Notes: generated by a model from the letters alone, not told the origin. A stretch of 64,000 bases of DNA from Lepidodermella squamata (GCA_047495785.1 JBLDXI010000019.1:310001-374000), one strand, 5' to 3'; shown: positions 12,275-25,827, numbered from the stretch's first letter. Program-made: numbers and translations.

Positions 12275-12920
12275 ATGTCACAATTCGCTATGGAACCTGA
12301 TGCTAACTTGGAAACTTCATCCAGTCAAGTTGCTACGTCTTCTATCAGGTTTGCAAAAATCAACATCGTTAATCTTGTAATTCTAACTTCAAGGTATACC
12401 CAGCTATGATGAACTGCCGAGTTACATGTCAGTAGTTCAGCTTGCGATAAGGCAGCTTTCAATTCAAAGTGATCGAATATCAGTCTGCGAGGCGCAAATA
12501 AACTCATCTGCTGCTTATTCACCGCAGATTATTGCTAACGATAGCGATTCGAATCGCCCGCCACCTTCTTATCACCAACTCTTCGGCCTTGAGAGAAGTA
12601 CCTCTCGCCAATATCGGATCAAATCTCAACAACTGAAAAATCTGAGAAAAACTGCAGTTCGACTCTCAATTTTAGCTGTTTTCGCATTTGCAATACTCGG
12701 CATTCCAGCTTTTCTTCTGGCGGTGAAAAATATTCCACCTGGCTATTCGACCGAAGAAATTATTGCGAAATTTAAACGCAGATACAACATTTCGTTGATC
12801 TTGTCAGGCCTATCATCTTGTTTAGGAATCATGTGGATTGTCTCTGTTATCATTGTAATGAAAAGTAATTCGGGCCAAACTGATTCGTTCTTTAAAAGTT
12901 GTATTGCACTTAGCTGCTAA
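12275..12920 (+). CDS. CD225/dispanin-like membrane protein (paralog of 10288-10917)
   Basis: Exon 1 MSQFAMEPD...SSI, intron, then SYDELPSYMSVV...PPSYHQLF...LGIPAFLLA...YNISLILSGLSSCLG. Confidence 0.7.
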
Positions 12921-13650
12921 ACAATAAACGATCGTTTACAAGTGGGGTTTGGCGAAATTTTTGACGTCGTGAGATTTTTGTTTCGCTTTCAAGATTAATG
13001 AACGAGAAGTCGATCGATATCAAAACGAGGTGGATAGTCACCTGGGTCGCTGAGAAAATGGCTTCGAAGATTTGCGGGTGAAAATTGATAATTTCGAAAA
13101 AATGCGAGCAAATCTGTTATTGCATCAATTAATAATTCGTCGCGCAATAAAAGCCTATATTATTTTCTTATGCGCAATCGAGGTTATTTGGGGTAATCTC
13201 AGGTGTGGAATCTTGCTAGGTATTCGAACATTTTGATGGTATAAAACTAGTGCTTTCACGTCAACCTAAATCTTTCTGGCGACACTTTGGGGTCTCCCGT
13301 CTTTAAGTTGGATGGGAGCCTCCTATAAAAGTCTGAAATTCGATAATTCGAAATCCTTAAGAAAACTCGGTGCACCTGATAATCCAAGAATCGTCCCTCT
13401 TCAAGTCAACAGACTTTATGACATTTACTGGACAGTACGGGAAAACCCCACTTTTCACTTGATAAAGGTCAAGTATGCCATTTAGAACTCGCCATGTCTA
13501 GGAACTGCCCACTCAGTCTAAACTGTATTAATGGCGCCACAATGATAAGAGTTCGGCTGACTGGCGCAAAAAAATATCCGAGCTTATCACCGAGTTCATG
13601 AGACTAGTACCAACTTCCCAGTTCATTGAAAACACAATAGGAAGTACACC

Positions 13651-15954
13651 ATGATATTTTCCCAAGGTTTAATAGCACTATTACTACTCGCCTCGACGTG
13701 TAATGGTTCCGCATTTGCGCCAAGTTCCGGCTACTACGACTATATGGTCGATAGGAAACGGCCGGAAAATTTGGATGACGAAATATTAAGGCTGTTCAGT
13801 GACGGGGAATCTTTTTATGATATTCTTCCGAAAATCGACTTCAATGGCATTGTTTCAAGTTCAAAATGTTTCCGAGACCTGTTATGGATTTACCAGGCTA
13901 ATGCGACAAAATATCCGGTCGTGAAGAGCTGTGAGTTGATATAATAATTTTTTTAATTAATTAATTAATCAATTCGCACAGATAAGGATTCTACCGCTCG
14001 TAAACCGTCCGGATTTTTGAGCGGAGATTTCAAATGGTACGGCGATTTCGATCAATGCATGAACATCGCGCCGTTTCTTATGCCACTATCGAATCGAAAT
14101 TTAACTTCGAAATATTGCTACGTTGGCCTGAATGGTTTGAACAGCAAGGATGAAGGCTATCGGGATTTAAACGTTCAGCAGTACTTACCTGCATTGATGC
14201 TAGGCCTTTGCGTTCCAAGTGATTGCTCCGAGCGTGATTTTCTCGCGCTAAATTTGCTTGTCAAACAATATGGGGTCAAAGTCGCACCTGGTTACGTTTA
14301 TTGCCAACAACGGGACCTGCCATATACTCCAGTTTTTTACATTGCAGTGTAAGTTTTCTATTTTATATAATTTTTAAAAATCACTAATACAATTTAAAAA
14401 TTGAAATTCATTTTAAAATTTTGCTCCACCTTAAGATATTTATTAAAATCATTTTTCTGAATTTTCTGAATTTATTGTGAATTTTTTCAATAATAGAACC
14501 ATTTTTTCGATCATCGGATTCCTCATGCTCTATGGCCTCGGAATCGATATTTACCTGAGATTAGTCGAGCACTACCGTCGAAAGCCGAAAAACGGCGAAA
14601 TAGAAGATTCCACCGACGCCAAGAAGAAAAAGCCGGCTCGCAAAATTTCCGGCCATTTCAGCTCTGTCGCTTTGGCCTTCTCTCCTCTAACCAACCTCGA
14701 AAAGCTGTATTCAATCCCGCATGTCTCGAAGAAAGAGCCCAATTTCAACGCTCTAACCGGCCTTCGAGCGTTCAGCACTTTCCACGTCATTCTCGGCCAT
14801 TTCTACCACTACTTGCAGCCTATGATCGGAAATTTCAGTCAAGCTAGAGAAGCCGCCACTTCCGACATTGCTAAATTAATTTTCACCGGCGGCTTCTTCG
14901 CCGTGGATTCGTTCCTGTTCATCGGAGGCTTCTTGGCCTACTGGTCGCTGTATAACAAAATACCGAGAGAGCCGTTGCGTTTTCTTGGCTCGGTACCAGT
15001 AATGTACTGGTACCGCTATCTCCGCCTCACCCCGCCGCATGTGATGCTGATCCTCTTCACCATGGGCCTATATTCCTACATCGGAACAGGCCCGTTCTAC
15101 TTCCAGCAACAGGACGATTGGTGTTATGATTCATGGTGGGCGAATTTGTTGTACATCAACAACTTTTGGCCGGGCTATACGGCTTGCGTAGGCTGGACGT
15201 GGTATTTAATGGTTGATATGCAAGTTTTCCTTGTCATGCCATTTGTTGTCTACGCCTTTGTTAAATGGCCCGTCTATGGCTGGGGCCTATCAGTCACCCT
15301 GTTGACCGCGCAGATGGTAACATCCGTTGTATTGACATCGGTCTACAATTTACCAGCAACGCCCATCAGTCCGAATAACTACGGCCAAGTTCTCGCAAAA
15401 TTCGGGGCGGAGTCGAAAAATTTCGCCGATGTCTTCCCGATGTTTTACATAAAACCCTACACGCGAATGGGTCCTTACATCGTCGGGATAATTTTAGCTC
15501 ATATTCTAGTCAATCACGAGAAGGAATTGCGGAAAATGTTTAATAACACATTTTTCCTTATTCTTGGCTGGTGTGTTTCGGCCAGCATGAGACCTACGCC
15601 GGTATTAGGATCGATCCTAACTGGGTCGATTGCCTCTACAACGCGTTGGCTCGACCGGCGTGGGCTGCGGCTTTAGGCTGGATGGTTTTGGCGTGTGCTT
15701 TCAATAAAGGCGGTATTATTGGCAACATTTTAAGCTGGCCAGTCTGGGCGTTCCCGGCTAGGCTCGGCTACGCTGCTTATCTTGTCCATCCTCTGATCAT
15801 GGTATATCTAGTGCAAACAAGTCGGAGGCCAACACAGTTGACCGATATTACGACAACTTTCCTTTATTGCGGTATTATTGTTGTCACTTTCATTGTCGCA
15901 ACCGTTTTCTCACTAGCGTTTGAATCACCTGTAATTGCCCTTCAAAAAGGATAA
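13651..15954 (+). pseudogene. NRF-6-like (NRF domain + acyltransferase-3) membrane protein, frameshifted near 15580
   Basis: Signal peptide; NRF motif GDFKWYGDFDQC..KYC..LGLCVPSDCS; acyltransferase motifs GLRAFS..VILGH, FAVDSFLFIGGFL, RYLRLTP, WWANLLYINN, WTWYLMVDMQ, YIKPYTRMGPY, RLGYAAYLVHP, FESP. Two introns. The reading frame jumps at about 15580. Confidence 0.85.
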
Positions 15955-16920
15955 AAAGAATTTTTCAATTTATCCTTTGCCAAATTTGTCAAAGGATAAA
16001 TTGAAAAATTTAGCGCTGATTTCTTTGTTTAACACGGCCTAATAAAACTTGATGCTTTTGCTTTTTACAGAAGCTTTTCGAAGTTTAACTGATGTCAATA
16101 AAAAATTGCGAAAACTGGAAAAAATTATTGATAAGTTTTTCGGTCTTTCGAAATCAAATATGCCAATTTTGCCAAAATTAAAGAAAAATAGCTAATAATT
16201 TCCAGGTCAGCGATTACCAGAAACGCCAATTCTCTTCATTTCTTCAGATGTAATTTTGAAAGTTAGCAAGTTCATAGGGATTTCGAAACCTCCAGCTGCG
16301 TGTCCCTTAAAATGGGCAACCCTATCTGGAATTTTCTAAATATTTTCCAGAAAATGTATCAATATTCGCATGGTGTAGCCTGTGAGAGCGAGTTCATCCC
16401 TCATCCACGACTCGCTGTATAATTTACCGAAGAAAACCCGGAAATACCGCGGCGGGGTCATATTCGATAATTTCTCCAAATTTTCATTGCTGATAATCAG
16501 TTATATTGTTTATTGTTTTAAATTGAAGAGAACAACTTATTTTCGAATTTTGATTCTTTTTCCTTGCAGATTTTGTTGTTGGTGTATGCAGCTGAAATAA
16601 TTATTATCTAAAATTTCCTCTCATTTCTGCCTCAGCTAAATATTTTATAGCTTCACTATCTGCTTAACAAAAAGTGTAACTTCAGCCATTAAACTCAAAG
16701 CCGCCAACACGCCATATAGTCGTGAAAAACAGCTTTAAAATCTTGGCTGTGTTATGCTCGAAGCAAAAAACAATACATTAACGCTGAAATCTTACCTGCA
16801 AAAAACGACTGAGATATTGCAGTTATTCTCCGCTTAACCTACGTTCCGGCCACCGTCACGCTGCCTCTCGGAAATTTTACAGCAATAAAAACAACTTTTA
16901 ATACAGCTTTGACAAATAAA

Positions 16921-18624
16921 ATGCTTAACCTGATACCAAAATGGCGAATTTTTTCAAAGGTGCCTACTCACCTTAAACCTTGCGTTACTCATTGCTCCGT
17001 ATTTCCGCACAAAGGAAGCACCGAAGTATTCTTTGTGGTTGATGTTAGGCTGGCTGAATCACCACCGGCTTCTCAAGACGTGACAACCGAAGTCTACCGA
17101 GCTTCTCTCCGCGTTGATGGGGTGACCAAAGTCGAGCAACTCCGTGGGAAAACTATTCGAAATATCATCGGACGATCTGATGTTATCCTTATCGTTACGG
17201 CGGATGAAGTTTTCGCAATGGGAGCGAATCGGTATGGCCAAATCGGAAATGGCGAGAAAAATGACATTATGGTCGAGGAGCCTTATCTTCTCCTAAACGC
17301 ACCTGTTGTCCAGGTTGATATCGGAAGCCACCACTGTGTCTGCCTGACCGAAGCTGGTGATGTCTACACCTGGGGCAGTAACACTGGCGGCCAGCTCGGC
17401 TATCAGGAGGAGAGCCTAGCACCGAAAAAGGTGACCTTCGAAAATCAAGAAATCAAATTTCGCCAAATCGCCTGCTGGGGTAATGTGACCTTCGCACTGA
17501 GTTTGGACGGTCGGTTGTTCTCATGGGGCGAGAATCGGTATTTCACCCTAATACCACAAACCCCACTCTACCAGCCAAGATTCCAGCCTCGGGAGGTTGC
17601 GTGTTTCCAGAACATCAGGATCAAACAATTTACCTGCGATGACGAGCGAGCTTTTGCGATCACTGAGTTTGGATCAGTTTACGCCTGGGGTAGGAATGAA
17701 TGTGGCAAACTTGGGCTAGGACACACTAATATCGTAGCTGAGCCTAGCCGATTGTTGACCTTTGACGACAACTACGCCAGGGTGGTTAAAATCAACATCG
17801 GCCCAGATTTCACGATAGCTGAAACTTCGCGAGGAATCTTCACCTGGGGCAGATTCCGAATTCAGGGCAAGTGCCGTTTTTCGAACTCTATGAAAAAGGA
17901 AGTTGAGACAGAAATTTCCTACCGCGAGAACCATTTTCCTGAGCTTTCGGCCGAAACCTCCCCATTGTCGATTTTGGTCAACGAAACAGACCGAACGCCT
18001 GGTTTAGTTTCCGTAGCCGATTTTAAGGTGGCTGAATCTATGTTCGAATCAGCACTGGATGACCCGAAAACGGCTGACTTCAAGGTTAAGCTCGACGACC
18101 GAGTCATCCACGTCCACAAGGCTATTCTCAGGTTCCGTTCAAGCCACTTCCGAACTATGTTTTCGAGCCAGGACTGGAAGGAGAGTCAAACTAACGAGCT
18201 CCCTATCGAACACACCCCATACAGCGTTTATCGAGCTTATTTGTTCTACCTTTACACGAACGAACTGCCGGAAGACCTCCAGATTGAGGATGCGTTCATG
18301 CTGCTAGATTTGGCTGGGTCTTATTTTGAGGATGAACTGAAGCTTCTAACGTAGGTATTTACCCTCAAGTGTTGTGTAAACAATCGTTTTTTACTATACA
18401 GGTGTGACTTCATTCTTGAGCGATCCCTTAACGTGGACGATGTGCTGCAAACCTATGCGTTGGCGAGCAATCACAAGGCTGAACATGTGGCCAGCCGATG
18501 CTTGGACTACATCTTGGAGCATCTAGCCCAACTAGTGAAATCAGAGGCTTTCGATAAACTCGACGCTGTTCATGCTAAGGAAATTTTCCTAAACGCTGCT
18601 AAGGCTGAACTACTCAAAAAATGA
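16921..18624 (+). CDS. RCC1-repeat and BTB domain protein (RCBTB-like)
   Basis: RCC1 repeats (GANRYGQIG, YTWGSNTGGQLG, FSWGEN, YAWGRNECGKLGLG) and BTB (ADFKVKL..IHVHKAIL..RSSHFRTMF..WKES..FYLYT). An intron from about 18351 to 18401 joins a BACK-like exon. Confidence 0.9.
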
Positions 18625-18899
18625 CCAATTCTAAATTGAACCCAGTGTAAAAGCTTTTGAAATAAACAACAAAAACACAGTTTAGTTGGCTATGCATGCT
18701 AATACTCATACCAAGCGGTTTTTTCACGCATGAGTAAGCACTCTGGGGTTCCACATCGTAGGAGTTGACGCAGTGAATTGCTGCCGAATGAGTCAGCCAA
18801 ATAACGCTATTAACATTGAAGGCATAGCGTTTTTTTATTTACATAAATCAAGTAGCTGTGACACTTATAGCCAGGCTCATAATATTCCTAGGTAAAAAA

Positions 18900-19427
18900 A
18901 TGATGCCTGAACTTCCACAATATGAGGATGTCGTTAACCATGGCATTCATCCAAGTGACAATTTTCAACGCCTTCCACCTGTTAACTGCGCGATACCAAT
19001 CGGGCGTGACGAGGCCCCGCCATCTTACGACGTAGCAGTCAGGGGGAAGTCGGTCCCCGACACCAGGCCAAACAACGGTTTCCTAGTTATTCTGGCAAAT
19101 GGCGAAGAAACTGCCGATCCTCACGTCGCGAGAAAAGCAGCGATTGGCCTGTCGATTTCAAGTTTCCTATGCTGTTTTATCGTTGCGATTCCAGCCCTTA
19201 GTCTAGCCTGCACGAAGGTCCCAGAGAACACTGCTGATATTGAAGCAGTCAAGTCAGTCAATCGACGATACAAGCGGTCGATCTTCATATCTCTGATAGC
19301 TATCCTAACCGGCGCCTGCTTAATTGGCCTTATTGCAGCTGTGGTTACGCAAAAGGCGAATAATGCGACTAATTCAGCTCAAAGTTTCACTACTACTACT
19401 ACTACCCTAAGAAGTAAATTTACTTGA
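18900..19427 (+). CDS. CD225/dispanin-like membrane protein
   Basis: LPQYEDVV and PPSYDVAV; RKAAIGLSISSFLCCFIVAIPALSLA; YKRSIFISLIAILTG. Confidence 0.75.
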   Translation: MMPELPQYEDVVNHGIHPSDNFQRLPPVNCAIPIGRDEAPPSYDVAVRGKSVPDTRPNNGFLVILANGEETADPHVARKAAIGLSISSFLCCFIVAIPALSLACTKVPENTADIEAVKSVNRRYKRSIFISLIAILTGACLIGLIAAVVTQKANNATNSAQSFTTTTTTLRSKFT

Positions 19428-19812
19428 AAGTCATTGATTCCTTTAATTAATCCATATTATTATTTTCAGCTACCCGCTCTAGTCGATCAACGACAGAAGA
19501 TCCGTTCCTATCAGATTTATTTGATATCGTTAAAGTTATTGTTGGTAAAACAACGAAAGAACCTCCGATTAGGAGAGACCCAAACGATCTTCCATGGTGG
19601 ATGCAGTGATAATATTTTTGAATACATTTTCAGTGAAATAAACTTGTTTTTTAATACTTTTTCAATTTCCACTCAATTAACCGGTCAATAGAAGCCATTC
19701 ACGGCTGAATGCGTTAAAATTTTGCGTGCCAGTAGATTAGAAAAACAACTTAATCTCATAACACCTTTCTCTCCATTAAGTTGTTATTTCGACTCAATTT
19801 TTTCGCCCTAAA

Positions 19813-20277
19813 ATGATGCCCAGGAGGAAAGCTGATTCGCCACCGCCAATTTTTGTCCCATTTCTACCGCCGAAACATCAGTCAAATCCTTGCGACCTAA
19901 ATTCGGATGATTGCAAAATCGGAGATGTGGACATTCTATTCTACGAGTCTGAATTAATCCCGGACGATGATACGATCAAGCTACGGCGGACTGCTCTGGA
20001 ATTGTCGCTTTTCGCAATGTTGACTTGCTGCATTCCTTTTGCGATTCCGGCTTTCTTGCTGGCTGTCGTGCCGCGATGCGGGAAATTGTCGCAGTCAAGG
20101 CTGGTTAAACCGCTCTACGTTGCGTCTGTGATTCTGTCAGCTATTGCTTGTGCGGCCTCGGTTCTATTCCTGTCATGGGCCTGCGCCTATTTCTACTTGA
20201 TGCCAAGCTTCATGAACACGTCGTTTACTACGAAAATCGAAACGACAACTGTAGAAACTCCGCCAAATTACTACTGA
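19813..20277 (+). CDS. CD225/dispanin-like membrane protein
   Basis: KLRRTALELSLFAMLTCCIPFAIPAFLLA...YVASVILSAIAC; Pro-rich N-terminus. Confidence 0.75.
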   Translation: MMPRRKADSPPPIFVPFLPPKHQSNPCDLNSDDCKIGDVDILFYESELIPDDDTIKLRRTALELSLFAMLTCCIPFAIPAFLLAVVPRCGKLSQSRLVKPLYVASVILSAIACAASVLFLSWACAYFYLMPSFMNTSFTTKIETTTVETPPNYY

Positions 20278-20393
20278 ATGAAAATTTACTGATTCAAAAT
20301 AAATCATGTTTTAAAATAAAGAATCCAGCTTAAAATAAATTTAATGAATTTTGTGTTTGCTGTGGTCAGTCGATATTTTTCGCTGAAAGCTGA

Positions 20394-21390
20394 ATGATGA
20401 TTTCATTATCATGTCTCTCTGCCTGTTTAACAAGACGCAAGAGCAGCAAAACGGCCCGAAAAAATGAGGAAAACAATGTCGAAATGGAAGGAAAGGCTGC
20501 TAATAATGTTCCGGAATCGCAGCTTATTGCAAGCCCTTCCTATCGAGATAGTTGGACTTCAACTTCAGCAGGAAGCACGTCGGAATTTTCCGATAGCAAT
20601 TTAACGCTGACCAACGAAGAAAACTGGAGCCGAGAAGCTGTTCTGAATACACCAGCTAGCGAGAATAGCGAAGGGCTTTCCCATGAAAACATAATCAAGG
20701 CTGACATTGGCACGACCAACAGCGACCAACATTGGACGGGTCCAAGTGGAGACTACGGAACTCAATCAGCGGAACCAAAAATGGAAAATAGCGGCGAAAT
20801 TCGAAAATCCTCGAGTACCTGCATGAGTGGGGATTCAACTCGAAAAAAATCGCCCACAAAATGTGAATCTTTCAGTTTCCTACCAAATCCAGGTATGCTA
20901 TGAAATAGGTCTATTTGGTAAAGAAATTCTGCGATTCGTTTTTTTAGATGAAAAAATACTAGAGCAGGCACGTCTAATGCGAAAGCTGGGTGAAGATTGC
21001 GCATTACTGGGCCACAAATACGCATCGAGAGTCGCTCATGAAACGGCCAGTCAGCTGTTCTTCAAAGCCTATAATCCGACAAACTCACTTCACTTTTCCA
21101 ACTTCAACAACAACAACGACGGCGAGAACACATTGAATTTGGATAGGAAGCCAGTTTGTGTCCACCCTACTCTTGTCCTCAAGGAACTTCGCATCGACGA
21201 GGCTAAATCTTATGTAGCGAAAGCTGTGGAGGTGATTAGATTGAGAAATTCAGAGCAGATAAATGTTTTGGGGATAGCTTTGGATCCCGATTGTTCCGAA
21301 GAATTTCTCGCTACGATGAAGGTATTCGTGTCAATGAAGCTGAAATGTAACCTCCAGGGTGATCTGAGTCGCCTGATACTAACCTTATAA
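20394..21390 (+). CDS. Hypothetical protein (disordered Ser/Glu-rich N-terminus, helical C-terminus)
   Basis: Two overlapping ORFs joined in frame by a ~55-bp GTATGC...TTTTAG intron (LPNP|DEKILEQARL). AATAAA lies downstream. Confidence 0.55.
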
Positions 21391-21650
21391 GCATTATCCC
21401 AAAAACTGTTTTGTCCTTACAAGTTCAATAAATTTTAATTTCCTTTGACATTTTTCAAGGGTGAGCTAACACGTGAAGCGTGTTGCAAATGGTGTAGCGT
21501 ATAAAGATGAGCTTTTTTGTAGCCTGACCTTGGCATGCTGTAACACTCCTATAGAACCGCATGCGATGAGTTTACACAAAGGCGTTATTCATTCATCTGG
21601 TGCAAGAAAGTGTTGAGTAAAACTTCTACTAGTAGCTGACAGTAAATAAC

Positions 21651-22584
21651 ATGGCCGATTCTGAATATGACTACTACGCCAGACCTCTGCCAGCCGAGCC
21701 TGTTCTTCGCGAAACTAAAGCAACCGCCTCCTTTCGCCTATGGTTAAGGAGGTACAAACCTTCGACGCTTGTAAGGTGAGTCGTTGAATATTCGGAAAGA
21801 AATAGTTCCAGGAATCACATTTTCAGAGGTTTGAATGACACGCCGCCTCTACCTCCGAGACCCACCCTAGAATCTCGGCCTCCGTTACCTTCAGTCTCTT
21901 CAACTTATATCAATTATCGAAACTACGAACAACCGAATGAACCACCTCGAAGTCCTTCAATCAAAACGGAAGTTCCTCTAATTTCCAGGGAGAAACTTCT
22001 TAAAACTTATACGAGTGCTAGAAGGTAAATTTCAAAGACTTGACTTTTTAGTAAACCAATTTTAATTTAGGAGTCAGCTTGGAATATCAATCGTCAATCA
22101 CCGCGCTAGCAGAGTTGTCAGAGTCGAGAATCTTGCTCCTGAACCACAGGTTTTCGAAGCTCCGGAAGAAACTGTTCAGCCTATCCCTGACACTGCTGTA
22201 ATCGAGAGTCTGCCTGTTATTATCATTACAAGTCCTTCGCTGGAAACTGTTTCGATTGAAGTAACGGCTATTCACGGTTCAATCGCCTCCGAGGAGCAAG
22301 TTTTCACCGAGGAGACCACAGTTGTAGTCGAGGGACCGGTTACCACTGTCACCACTGTGATTACCACTGAAACAGAGTCGAAACCTGAGCCCGAACGAGT
22401 ATCTGAGACTTCAGTCTTTCGAAGTATTAACGAAGTCTTTGAACTCAGTGACGAACAGCCTGCCGTAGCTGTCTCTCATCCTGTTGTCGAGGCAGAAAAA
22501 GCCTCTGATGATGAATCTGTCTTTGGACTGACAATTTTTGAGGACACTTCTACTGAAGATCAAACAACGCCGAGTAATGCGTAA
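21651..22584 (+). CDS. Three-exon disordered Pro/Thr/Glu-rich protein
   Basis: MADSEYDYYARPLP... Two phase-2 introns keep the frame through PPLPPRP and RPPLP into the acidic Thr-rich tail. Confidence 0.65.
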
Positions 22585-23180
22585 TAAATAAAATGAGTAA
22601 TACGCCATAAGAGTCTCAAAGTTTTCCGAGACGACGGGCATGTTTACTTAGCCATACTACTATGAATGAGTTAAGGTGGACATTCTGCAGCATGCAGCTG
22701 GCGTATCAACAACACATCTCCGCGGCCTTTTCATACTCACCGCCAGCAGCAGACGAATGCATTACACTTTATGCTTGACTCGCAATGAAACACTGTTGTA
22801 TTCATGGTCAGGAAAATACATTTAGGAAATACTAGCATGAAGAGTTACACACAGGAAGCCTCGTATTATACTGAGATACCATATACGTTTGCCAAATTCT
22901 TTGCTATATTATGTTTATGTTTTGTTTGTAGTCAAGATAGCAAGTGCTATTGCTTTAAATTTCACTGCCAGTATTCATTATTTACGACGTCACGTATACA
23001 CCTATGCGTGTGAAATCTGTGAATAAGAAATAAAATAACAACGTAATACGAAAGTACTCTGCTACAATAAATTATACTACTAGCCAAAGTCTAAGTCACG
23101 GCCTTTAATCGCGGCCATTTATTTACGCTGCTGTATTATTGAGAAATCGTTATCAGTTGGGATTGAGCTGGCACGAAACA

Positions 23181-23754
23181 ATGGATAAACGATTTAATAG
23201 TGACAAATCGAGGCTAGTAATCGACGACGACGAAGAAGACAGCAGGTAAATTTCGACCTAGTTATAGATTTTTAATTTAATCAACTTTTAATTCTAGCTT
23301 ACCAGTTCGGCACGTCAATCGGCATGTAACCTCCTCAGCGAATCAATCACGTGACGAGCAGATTGTGATCAGACCTTACGACACAACCTCAATAGCAGCA
23401 GCCCTACAGCAGCCGCCTGTCACCCTCAGAGCCGAATCTATACGAATAGGCAAACGGCCAGTCACCAACATGGGAGTAGTCGTTGTCAATCAAATGACGG
23501 CCTCGGATTTTGAAATCGCTGAGCTGAGGCGATGTCGTTGTGCGGCGCTAACTCTAGGCATAATCTCGTTATTTTTCGGAGCTTTCCTGTGTGCAGTCCC
23601 TGCGATAATTCTCGCCTGTAAAAAGGTGAAAGACCTGACTCCCAAGCGGGTCGAAAAGCTAACTACAACATACAGCCGAGCTATTGCTTTGTCTTTGATT
23701 GCTATAGCTACGAGTGTAGCGATATTTGTTTCCTTTATCACAACACGCCAGTAA
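23181..23754 (+). CDS. CD225/dispanin-like membrane protein
   Basis: Exon 1 MDKRF...DDDEEDS spliced in frame; CAALTLGIISLFFGAFLCAVPAIILA...YSRAIALSLIAIA. Confidence 0.7.
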
Positions 23755-23828
23755 ATTTTATTGCAATTTTACAACAGTTCAGTTTTTCATTTTTTAAAAT
23801 AAAATATATGTGAACAATTTTAGTTTTA

Positions 23829-24403
23829 TTAATAATTACGAAGTGCCAACCCGAGAGCGACGAATAAAAGTCCAAAACCGATAAAAACCGCCAAAAGCAC
23901 TATTGCCACAATATAGCATCCCCTGCTTGGAAAGATGAAATTATCACTGAACAATATTTAAAAAACTGTCAACATTACTTTCGCCTGCCACAAAACACTT
24001 TCCGCTTTTCCCGGGCTATTTTGCTCTTCGCCTGGACACATATTGTCGGTTGCTGATGAATTATCACATTTTCAGTTTCTAGTTGATGAGCATGCTGTCC
24101 TCCTATTTGAGGGTGACAAAGGTATACATTTGAGGAAGCCACTTGCTTTCGATCCCTAAAGCGCAAAAAGTTTAAAGAACACAACATTGCACATTCATAT
24201 TAATAAGGCACCTCGATATTTGTTGGTTAGCAGATTTTTCCTCCTGCTTCCTATGCTGTAATCCTGATTGAGGGTGACTAAGGTACAAATTGGAAGAGGC
24301 CAAGTGCTTTCGGTCCCTGAAGAATAGATGATTTAGAGAACTTTTTATAACATTGCACATTTATAAGGCACCTCGATATTTGGTAGATGGCAGATTTTTC
24401 CAT
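23829..24403 (-). CDS. Four-exon tail-anchored membrane protein with a duplicated exon
   Basis: MEKSAIYQIS|RDRKHLASSNLYLSHPQ...QIS|RDRKQVASSNVYLCHPQ...|RGCYIVAIVLLAVFIGFGLLFVALGLALRNY*; all introns are phase 2 GT-AG. Confidence 0.7.
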
Positions 24404-24808
24404 ACTGATCTTTGATAGGAATTGGAAAACACCAGTGACTTTTGTTCCTTTTGTAAAGTCGTATACTTACATACGTGGGTGCTAAATTCTGAACCCGTTG
24501 GCTACTGAAAAGGTAACAATACGCCATTTATTAGTCATTCATTCAATAGGCAAAAGAAAAAAGTTACTCCCGCAACTTAATAGTAACTTAGGTTTTAGGT
24601 TTGATATATGGATCAAACCGGACTGTAAGTGAACGATCCTATCATTTCATTGTTGGTTCTACCAGAAGTCCTGCCTTCATCCGAAATCGGCATGACGGTT
24701 TTTACATTTTCTGACCTAGTTTTTCAACCTGGTCAATAATCTGAAAGTCGCAACTCGAAAGTTTCAAGAAAGTTTCAAAGAAAATGTGAACGTGAACAAA
24801 TGATAGTT

Positions 24809-25381
24809 TTATTTCCATTTACCACCAAATGCCAACCCGAGACCGACGATTAAAAGTCCAACAACGATTAGCACCATAGCCACAATGGTTAATCGCATGC
24901 TAGGAAAAAAGATGAATTTATGACTGATAACAATATTCAACAATTTTGAGCATATACTTCAGCTTGTCAGCACAGAATTTCCGCTTTGTTTCCAGGACTA
25001 TTTTACTCTCTTCCTGGCCATATTTTATCGGTTGCTGTTGAATTATCACATGTTTAGTTACTGGTTGAGCTTGTTGTCCTCCTAATTGAGGGTGACTAAG
25101 GTATAAATTGGAAGCAGCCAAATGCTGTCGATCCCTAAAGCGTAGAAGGTTTGAAGACTTTTGATAACTTTGAAAATTGTAAGGCACCTCGATATTTGGC
25201 GGATGGCAGATTTTTCCTGCTGTTTCTTGTGCTGTTCTCCTGATTGAGGGTAACTAAGGTACAAATTGGAAGAGGCCAAGTGCTTTCGGTCCCTAAATGA
25301 CAGACAGCTTTTAAATAACTTTTGATAAAAATCCAAATTTGTTAGTCACTTAGATATCTGGTATATAGCAGCCTTTTCCAT
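24809..25381 (-). CDS. Tandem paralog of the tail-anchored protein
   Basis: MEKAAIYQIS|KDRKHLASSNLYLSYPQ...|RDRQHLAASNLYLSHPQ...|MRLTIVAMVLIVVGLLIVGLGLAFGGKWK*; same exon structure. Confidence 0.7.
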
Positions 25382-25827
25382 GTTGATTTGTGATAGGAAC
25401 TGGAAATGTTATGCTCTAGTGTCTTTTGTTCCTGGTGTAAAATCGTTTACTTTCATACGTGTGTGCGAAATTGTGAACCTCTACGCTACTGAAAAGGTAA
25501 CACTACGTCATTTAATAGTTATCAACGGGCAAACAAGAAAAGTTGCACCAAGAACTTACTTTGACGGATCAAACCGGAATATCCGTGAATTATGACATCA
25601 TTTTGCAAATACAGCTTTTTTACCTCTCGTAGTAATGCTGGACCGTATTTTTTGCTGACTACTTTTGGTCAGTCAAGCATCCAATATACACACATGCATT
25701 TTCTTGTGATAAAAAATGCATCATAGTAAAACTAAGCATGAAGCATGTTAATGCTAGAGATAGCGCAGAAGCTTAGCCATCATTTTCACGAAAAGTTCTG
25801 AATATCTTAGGTTTTACTGGCAGCGCG

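Noticed and set aside
20880-20990. F-box-like reading LPNPEILRFVFLD
   Set aside because: It needs a 31-bp intron. A ~55-bp intron with a better acceptor fits the local intron size and removes the motif.
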